Below are positions 42,447 to 48,663 of a stretch of 48,663 bases of DNA, one piece after another (position 1 is the first letter of the stretch; each line of letters opens with the position of its first letter). This DNA comes from a virus. The DNA lies in IMG/VR virus record IMGVR_UViG_3300042379_000679; one strand, given 5' to 3'. A program made the translations under genes and the position numbers. The notes below the pieces were generated by a model. That model was not told where the DNA came from. It saw nothing but the letters and a program-made list of their open reading frames with translations, and made no database searches.

Positions 42447-43342
42447 CAGAAGTTTTGACCTCCCACATACCCTTGCCAAGTCGTTCCACCATCGCTGGTG
42501 AAGAACGCAAAGCTATCCACCTTGCCGGATGTCGATGTGATCGTTGGAGCAGTGCCAGAAGCCCATTTAATCGACGAAGGCCAAGTGACTGCCCGAGCTG
42601 TACCATCTGCGGTGAAGATCAGGGTAAATGAGCCGCCGGAACCGCTTGCAGGAGGGTTGGATATCGTCAGGGTGGTGATCGCGGCATTAAGTGCGACTGT
42701 GAAGATATTCGATGTTTCAAGGTTTAACGTGAGTGTGCCGGATGAGATCGTTGGGCTGGAGACAGATTCGGAATAGTCACGAAGTTTGGCTCGGGTCAGC
42801 TCGTTATCCTGTAGGTTTTGCGTGCCTGTAAAGCTGTTTGCACCAAGTTTAACATCAGCCGTCAAGAACCCGTTTGCATCGAGGCCAACACCTGTTCCAA
42901 TCCTAACGCCCCCCAAAACGGATACCGATGCTGCTGGCAAAGTGTAGGAGTATGTCGAACTGATCACACCGCTAGAGATTGCGATGGATGTGCCATCAAC
43001 CTTGACTCCACCCAGAACCGTTGTGGTCGCTGTGGGCAAGCTGTACGATGATGCGGAAGAACTGATAACCCCGCTGGCAATCGTAATTGTTGTTCCATCG
43101 ACTTTGACCCCGCCCAGAACCGATGTGGTTGCTGTAGGCAAGCTGTATGCCGATGGCGTTCCGCTAAGGTCGCCGTAAGCTGTGACTGCTGCATAAGACA
43201 GGGATGTCCAGGCTGTTCCTGCGGCATTGCCAATTTTGAATTTACCAGTGTCCGTCTCGTAGCCTAGTTCGCCCGGCGAAAGCGTTGGGTTGGCCGATGT
43301 CCAGGCAGAAGCAGTGTCACGCCGAAGTTGTATCTTGCTCAT
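42446..43342 (-). CDS. Fibre protein with an Mtd-N/hyaluronidase-like N-terminus and internal 34-aa repeats
   Basis: MSKIQLRRDTASAWTSANPTLSPGELGYETDTGKFKIGNAAGTAW. The repeats read YSLPTATTxVLGGVKVDGTxIxIxSGVISS, in 2 copies plus 1 degenerate copy. Confidence 0.75.
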   Translation of the reverse strand: MSKIQLRRDTASAWTSANPTLSPGELGYETDTGKFKIGNAAGTAWTSLSYAAVTAYGDLSGTPSAYSLPTATTSVLGGVKVDGTTITIASGVISSSASSYSLPTATTTVLGGVKVDGTSIAISSGVISSTYSYTLPAASVSVLGGVRIGTGVGLDANGFLTADVKLGANSFTGTQNLQDNELTRAKLRDYSESVSSPTISSGTLTLNLETSNIFTVALNAAITTLTISNPPASGSGGSFTLIFTADGTARAVTWPSSIKWASGTAPTITSTSGKVDSFAFFTSDGGTTWQGYVGGQNF

Positions 43343-45012
43343 CCTGTTGCGGAGCCTCCATCAAACGTGTTGTCGCTGGTAGATGCCGACCCGCCATCAA
43401 AGATTCCACCGCTACTGCCAATTCCGGCATAACGAGAATCAGCGTAACCCTGCGTAAGAATCGAGTATGCAGTCATGTTTGGGGTGCGTAAAGCTGTTCT
43501 GCCGAAATTCTGGAAGATAAGCTCTGCGGATTCACCCAAGGCTAGAATCGTGCGGTAATCGTAGGCTTGCGAGAAGGATAGATTAGAGTCTGTTTCCGCC
43601 CACGAACTGCGGGCTACTATTTGAAACTGCGAAGGTCTTCCAATTGCTGTACTGTTGGAGTAAGTGACTGCCTGGGATAGCTGATTGATCGTGTACTCTG
43701 CGGAACGGTAATAACCTGCCTCTGGAACTTCTTCGTAATTGGATGGATTGTACGAACCTGTTGCACCAGCAGTGTATTTACAGCGAATGCCACTGGCTAT
43801 ATGAGGATCATAAAGCTGAGTGGTCCCCTGTGGTCGCACACCTCCGGTTAATTCAAATGTTGCGGAAGTGATCGTATTTGCATTAGTCTTTGTGACAGAG
43901 TCCAGGAAAATCTCGCCATACTGCCCGACCATGACCCGTCCTGTTTTAGAGGAGTTGGCAGAGCCTGTATCGTTGGAATTAAATCCAATAGATTTGTATT
44001 GTAAAGCCGCAGTAGACGACGAACTTGCAAGCAAACTACCGTCAAATATAGTCTTTGTAACCGTACCCGATGTGTTACTTGTCAATAGCCCTCTGGAATA
44101 GCCCTGAATGGGGCCACAGGCCGATGTAATGGAACCGTATTTTGGGAACTGAGATAACGTTCCTGCGGTGGTCTGCGTATCTTTCCAGACCTGAATATAA
44201 TTGGCGTCTACCAACGTTGTCACATCGTTCGCAGTGAGCGTTACATTGCCGGATCGACCATTGAACGTATTCGTGATCGTCTGCGTGCTTGCCAAATAAC
44301 GTGAATCAGCATATCCTCTGGTTAGGATCGAGTTTGCCCCATAGAGCAATGTCAGGGTTGTCGGCATCAAGAGAGTAGCTAAAGCATGCGTCCCGTTATT
44401 GGCAAGCTGGATTCCAACTTGGTCGTCAGAATTCTGACTGGTCAAACTAGCCGAAGTTGAATTCCCTGTCAGATCGCCAATCGACCCAGAAATCATGGAC
44501 AATTGAGTCCGCTGATTCGAATGAGTGTCGCCCGGTGCAAATGTAACTTGTATGTTGTCTCTCTGGGCGTACAACTGGCTGAGACTGTTGACTGCGAGGT
44601 CAGACGAACCAAGAAAAACACCCGATTCCGAAACTTCCAGAAAATGCTCGTCGTGCAAAGCGTTTGTCGATGTTGTGAGGCAAGCCAATCCAACTTGAAA
44701 AGAGGCTGGCTCCGCACCGTTTGTGGTACTGTAAAAACCGTTGTATTGCTTCTTCGTGTACGACCCGCTGGTATAAACCTGAACATCACCTCTCACCCAA
44801 TTCGTGCCGCTAATCAGCGTGCTATTGGCATGAGTGATATTTGCCAGCGAGGTTTGCAATCCATCAGTTAAACCTACGACATTCCCATTAGCCTTTTTCA
44901 GAAAGACCTTACCATCTGCTGTATTTACAGCCAACTCACCCGCCGACAAACTGCCAGCAGAAGGTGTTGCACCAGATGTGGAGGATCGCTTTAACTGGAT
45001 GGTCTGAGCCAT
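43339..45012 (-). CDS. Fibre-like protein (557 aa)
   Basis: N-terminus: AQTIQLKRSSTSGATPSAGSLSAGELAVNTADGKVF. C-terminus: FDGGSA repeats. Confidence 0.7.
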   Translation of the reverse strand: MAQTIQLKRSSTSGATPSAGSLSAGELAVNTADGKVFLKKANGNVVGLTDGLQTSLANITHANSTLISGTNWVRGDVQVYTSGSYTKKQYNGFYSTTNGAEPASFQVGLACLTTSTNALHDEHFLEVSESGVFLGSSDLAVNSLSQLYAQRDNIQVTFAPGDTHSNQRTQLSMISGSIGDLTGNSTSASLTSQNSDDQVGIQLANNGTHALATLLMPTTLTLLYGANSILTRGYADSRYLASTQTITNTFNGRSGNVTLTANDVTTLVDANYIQVWKDTQTTAGTLSQFPKYGSITSACGPIQGYSRGLLTSNTSGTVTKTIFDGSLLASSSSTAALQYKSIGFNSNDTGSANSSKTGRVMVGQYGEIFLDSVTKTNANTITSATFELTGGVRPQGTTQLYDPHIASGIRCKYTAGATGSYNPSNYEEVPEAGYYRSAEYTINQLSQAVTYSNSTAIGRPSQFQIVARSSWAETDSNLSFSQAYDYRTILALGESAELIFQNFGRTALRTPNMTAYSILTQGYADSRYAGIGSSGGIFDGGSASTSDNTFDGGSATG

Positions 45013-45014
45013 TA

Positions 45015-45935
45015 TCAGAACGTACCCCCATCAATTGTCGTTGATGTGCCAAGGATATCCGTTCCAATCGCCAACCCTAAATTTGTTCGAGCCGCCGATG
45101 CCGTTGTAGCACCAGTGCCACCATAAGCCACGCCAACCGCTGTTGCTTGCCAAGTACCAGTTGCAATTGTGCCGACCGATGTCAGGCTTGATCCCGTAAT
45201 TCCACTGCCCAACGCACTAGAAGTCAGAACCGAAACACCATTGATACGGTACTCTTTGCCACTTGCAATCGTTACATGCTCAGACAGAGTCCAAGCACCC
45301 GTGGCCGAAAACCAGTTGATCGTCTTGTCAGTTGCACCCTTTAAAGTAATCCCACCGCCGTCAGCAGTCGTATCAGTGGGCGTTGCAACTGCACCCAGTT
45401 CGATATTTTTATCATCCACGTTCATGGTCGTGGAATTGATCGTAACTGTTGTGCCGTTGACAGTCAGGTTGCCCGTGATCGTCGTATCACCAGAAACAGC
45501 CAGCGTGCCTGCAACTGATGGGTTTGTGTTTGTCAAAGGCGTATAGGTCAGTGCCGTTGTCACATCCGAGGACGTGAGCGTCACATTGCCTGTACGGGTA
45601 TTAAACGTGTTGACGACATTTGTCAGATTGGATAATTTGCTCGTCACAAAAGCTGTGGTTGCAACCTTGGTGCTGTTATCCGATCCAGTCTGCGTTACGG
45701 CAATCAAATTGCCTGAGAAAGTCTTGTCGCCAGTGATCGTTTGCGTTGAGCTAAGGGTTAAAAATGCTCCGGGCCCAGCAATAGCCAATATCGACGAGGC
45801 TGACCCTGCCGTGTCGCCAAAGCCGTAATATAGGGTGTTGTCAACTTCGTTCATCGCAAGCTCGGCGTTGAGCAGGCCTGATGGCGCACCTGTTGCACCC
45901 GATGTTCTTCGCTTGATTCGGATTGGATTTGCCAT
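45015..45935 (-). CDS. Fibre-like protein (306 aa)
   Basis: N-terminus: ANPIRIKRRTSGATGAPSGLLNAELAMNEVDNTLYYG. It ends in IDGGTF. Confidence 0.7.
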   Translation of the reverse strand: MANPIRIKRRTSGATGAPSGLLNAELAMNEVDNTLYYGFGDTAGSASSILAIAGPGAFLTLSSTQTITGDKTFSGNLIAVTQTGSDNSTKVATTAFVTSKLSNLTNVVNTFNTRTGNVTLTSSDVTTALTYTPLTNTNPSVAGTLAVSGDTTITGNLTVNGTTVTINSTTMNVDDKNIELGAVATPTDTTADGGGITLKGATDKTINWFSATGAWTLSEHVTIASGKEYRINGVSVLTSSALGSGITGSSLTSVGTIATGTWQATAVGVAYGGTGATTASAARTNLGLAIGTDILGTSTTIDGGTF

Positions 45936-46264
45936 CAGAAATTTCCTCCGTCAGTGACAACTGACTGCTTGATGTTTGCCCATTTGCTGATTGATTGGTT
46001 GTAGCTGAGTAGATCGCCTTGCGTTAGGCTGGATAGCTGGACATCGCCAAGGCTTGCTAAATTCGAGCCTGCTGCCCCGGTTTGCCCCGGCTGCCCTTGT
46101 GGGCCTGTCGCCCCTGTGTCGCCCTTTGAACCCTTCTCGGCAACGCATACCGAAACCCGATACGTATCCTGAACGGGGGCTTGAACGCTCACCTGATTTG
46201 TAGGAGAGACAACAACATTCACAGGAGGTTCGAGCCGAACCCTGACTTGGATTGGATCAGCCAC
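45935..46264 (-). CDS. Collagen-like repeat protein (109 aa)
   Basis: Seven G-X-Y triplets, GSKGDTGATGPQGQPGQTGAAG (46067-46132). It ends in DGGNF. Confidence 0.7.
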   Translation of the reverse strand: MADPIQVRVRLEPPVNVVVSPTNQVSVQAPVQDTYRVSVCVAEKGSKGDTGATGPQGQPGQTGAAGSNLASLGDVQLSSLTQGDLLSYNQSISKWANIKQSVVTDGGNF

Positions 46265-46592
46265 GGGGGATCACCAGGAAATTGCCAGCGAGACGGGTTT
46301 TCGTGATATCACCATCTGTGAACGTCATCCACCACTTGTAGCTACCAGCACCAGCAGCAGTCGTCTGACTGTCTGACCACGTTACCGTAACCTTCCCTGT
46401 GGTGGAGTTAGCCGAGGTCGTTGCGTTGTAGGTCAGGTTGGAGGTCTTGAACGCTGCCGCAAATGTCATGTTGGCTATGCTGATCGTGCTGGAGCAGTCC
46501 GTTGCGGGAGCAACCGTGACCACCATCTGCACATCGTCTCCGGCGACTGCCGAAATATTGAGCGTTGCTGGGAGTTGGATGAAATCTGGCAT
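46257..46592 (-). CDS. Hypothetical Ig-like beta-sandwich protein (111 aa)
   Basis: The ATG at 46592 lies 2 nt after the portal stop. Confidence 0.6.
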   Translation of the reverse strand: MPDFIQLPATLNISAVAGDDVQMVVTVAPATDCSSTISIANMTFAAAFKTSNLTYNATTSANSTTGKVTVTWSDSQTTAAGAGSYKWWMTFTDGDITKTRLAGNFLVIPRG

Positions 46593-46594
46593 CC

Positions 46595-48097
46595 TTAGGA
46601 GACCTCCTCGATGTCTGTCCAACCCTCGCGTGACTCGTATTCTTCCAGTTCTGCCAGCAAGCTCACATAAGACTGGACTAAAGCCTTGTTCACCCCTGAT
46701 CGACTGGGAGACAGGGAATCGCTATTGCGTTCGCCCTCGATCTTGGACCGTTCACCTGTGCTGGCAGGAACCTTTACCGAGCCGATGTTATCGCCTTCAG
46801 AAACCGTTGTTTTAGCTGGATCAGCCTGGGGTAGAATCTCGTTGCGAATTTCATCCCTAGCGATCCCAAGCGAGTCAGCATCTGGTGAATCAGATTTGCC
46901 GTAGCCAACGATATCGCGAGACTCATTAATAGTGATAACTCCACCACCGAGAAGACGAATCGCACGATTGGCTGCAATCTGTTCACGGTCATCAAGCTCC
47001 TCAACTGGCGAATAATCAAATGTGAACTTGATTCGACCGGACCTCACGTCATCAGGATCTTCAAAGTCGATCAACAGCTGATGCGTCATCTCGTCCGCAA
47101 AAACCTTCTGCAACGGAATCAATCCGTGGACGTATGCTGCCCTGATGGCATCTGCGTAGGTTCCGTATGCACCCGTGTTGTCTGTGTTCAGCCCCAGAAC
47201 CGATGTGTTCAACCCCATTGCCGCGAGAACCGTAGCCTGTGCCGACTTGGGAATCTCTACCAGACCGATCTCTTCCGGCGTGAATCCCATCTTGTGCAGT
47301 TCGTAAGCACCCGTCAAAACGGTAGGGTCTCCACGCTGGTCACCTGTGAGGGCATCCTTGAGCCGAGATTTGATCGCCTTGGCGTCGTCCTCTGAGACCG
47401 TGAAATCACCCTTGGGGGTCGCGATAAGCCCAGGAACCGCAAAATTGCGAAGCAGAGAGGCTGTGTAGGTGGATGCCTCGTTTAAAACAGCAATCTCACG
47501 CACATGGGCGAGCAGAGGACTCCAGCCGACCCGATCCTGATCCATGTCGATATAACGACGGATGTGAATCACCCTGTCCGCAGGAACGTCCAGCATCTTC
47601 CCGTTGATGTTGTATCGCCAGGCTGTGAGGTAATCTGATCCGTCCGTTGGAAAGAGGGGAGAAACCTTATCAGCCCTCCAGATCTTCAACTCCACTGGCT
47701 CGCCCAGGCGATTCTTGATCTTCTCGATCCAGACATTGCCGTAACAGCTTGCATCCCTGACATATGCACCGACAAACGCTGCTTCACCCACATAAGGGTG
47801 AGGACGACGTAACAATGTCAATGCAGGGTGATTATGGATCGGATCTTCGATTCCTTCGTCATCCACTCGCACCACTTGTAGATTCGGGACGGACCAGTTT
47901 CTGGCAAGCCAGTCGATACCGGAAGCTACCGTGGAGTTCTTCCATAAACCCTGGATAAGCATTTCCGTGTAATCGTACGTTGTTCCTGGCAACCAAACGC
48001 TATAAGGGCGATATCCACCACCCAGCCCACCCCAACCGGAGTAGGGCGTTTTGCCGCGAAACAGCGATTTGAACGATCCATATAATCCCATACTCAT
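46595..48097 (-). CDS. Portal protein (HK97 family)
   Basis: About 500 aa with a portal-like layout. The ORF is trimmed to MSMGLYG, because the upstream extension KREKNKKQKK is the translation of an A/T-rich tract. Confidence 0.85.
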   Translation of the reverse strand: MSMGLYGSFKSLFRGKTPYSGWGGLGGGYRPYSVWLPGTTYDYTEMLIQGLWKNSTVASGIDWLARNWSVPNLQVVRVDDEGIEDPIHNHPALTLLRRPHPYVGEAAFVGAYVRDASCYGNVWIEKIKNRLGEPVELKIWRADKVSPLFPTDGSDYLTAWRYNINGKMLDVPADRVIHIRRYIDMDQDRVGWSPLLAHVREIAVLNEASTYTASLLRNFAVPGLIATPKGDFTVSEDDAKAIKSRLKDALTGDQRGDPTVLTGAYELHKMGFTPEEIGLVEIPKSAQATVLAAMGLNTSVLGLNTDNTGAYGTYADAIRAAYVHGLIPLQKVFADEMTHQLLIDFEDPDDVRSGRIKFTFDYSPVEELDDREQIAANRAIRLLGGGVITINESRDIVGYGKSDSPDADSLGIARDEIRNEILPQADPAKTTVSEGDNIGSVKVPASTGERSKIEGERNSDSLSPSRSGVNKALVQSYVSLLAELEEYESREGWTDIEEVS

Positions 48098-48291
48098 ATC
48101 ATAACATAAGCAGGTGTGCATAACAAGATGGGAGTGAGGGGGAGGCTTTTTCTGTTTTTTATTTTTTTCTCTTTTAAGAATTCTCGACAAAGCGCATGGC
48201 CGACACGCCTGGGGCCACGGCTCCGAAAAAATCGCGAAATTGTGTCACATAAACTAGGTGTCCATGTCATGAAAACACCCTGGAAACAAGT

Positions 48292-48663
48292 AAAGCACCG
48301 GCCTGATCGGCCGGTGTGAAGTGGTTGAAGCTCAGAAAGCAAAGCACCGGCCTGATCGGCCGGTGTGAAGTGGTTGAAGCTCAGAAAGTAAAGCACCGGC
48401 CTGATCGGCCGGTGTGAAGTGGTTGAAGCTCAGAAAGTAAAGCACCGGCCTGATCGGCCGGTGTGAAGTGGTTGAAGCTCAGAAAGCAAAGCACCGGCCT
48501 GATCGGCCGGTGTGAAGTGGTTGAAGCTCAGAAAGCAAAGCACCGGCCTGATCGGCCGGTGTGAAGTGGTTGAAGCTCAGAAAGCAAAGCACCGGCCTGA
48601 TCGGCCGGTGTGAAGTGGTTGAAGCTCAGAAAGTAAAGCACCGGCCTGATCGGCCGGTGTGAA
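48292..48663. repeat. Tandem array of the same 49-bp unit, right part (7.6 units)
   Basis: Same unit and period. The polymorphic base at 48340,48389,48438,48487,48536,48585,48634 = C,T,T,C,C,C,T. The window ends inside a unit. Confidence 0.97.
48537..48663. other. 127-bp terminal overlap identical to 1..127, indicating circular closure of the assembly
   Basis: Register and polymorphic bases match (48585=C vs 49=C; 48634=T vs 98=T), and both segments end in ...GGTGTGAA. No other register reconciles the two C/T patterns. Confidence 0.85.

Noticed and set aside
42446-43342. Diversity-generating retroelement (the Mtd-like N-terminus suggested a DGR target)
   Set aside because: No reverse transcriptase (no YxDD-containing ORF) and no template/variable repeat pair could be found in the window. 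The similarity is limited to the common fibre N-terminal domain.

Overview
The window is a complete tailed-phage genome assembled as a circle. Bases 1-127 are identical to 48537-48663, an assembler-type overlap, so the unique length is about 48.54 kb. All function calls come from reading the ORF translations and recalling family motifs; no database search was run.

Layout:
- A 49-bp hairpin-containing tandem array of about 12.6 units is split across the window ends.
- 0.4-4.5 kb is ORF-poor: a GP88-like gene, a 3-gene mini-operon, two clusters of CAsTGTrTC iterons and a roughly 0.75-kb ORF-free stretch behind a consensus promoter.
- 4.5-7.9 kb (+) holds 13 small early genes of unknown function.
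- 8.0-11.5 kb (-) holds a small acidic ORF, terS, terL, a C5-cytosine methyltransferase with an internal (GA)12 microsatellite, and a degenerate HNH-like protein.
- 11.5-12.6 kb (+) holds a promoter, an atypical tRNA and a YqaJ/lambda-exo-like nuclease.
- 12.6-15.2 kb (-) is the lysogeny module: an RHH protein, a tyrosine integrase, an attP core that is the 3' part of a tRNA-Ala(UGC), and a small RHH-like candidate repressor.
- 15.4-23.1 kb (+) is the replication and recombination operon. It includes a phage CsrA homolog, a Prim-Pol, a DUF669-like protein, an SF2 helicase whose P-loop is split by a 270-aa HNH-type intein, ThyX and a RuvC-like resolvase.
- 23.2-48.1 kb (-) is the virion operon: an HK97-type portal; an unusual 9.4-kb insert of fibre-like, collagen-like and LamG proteins, small membrane proteins, an SNase-like nuclease and a papain-like peptidase; then prohead protease, major capsid, connectors, major tail, G/GT chaperones with a CCCAAAA -1 slippery site, a 546-aa ORF, the tape measure and distal tail proteins.

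No sheath gene is seen, so the tail is siphovirus-like.

Most interesting: the hairpin tandem array, the iteron and ORF-free region, the microsatellite-bearing dual-frame methyltransferase, the CsrA homolog, the P-loop intein, and the papain-like peptidase in a genome with no recognisable endolysin.
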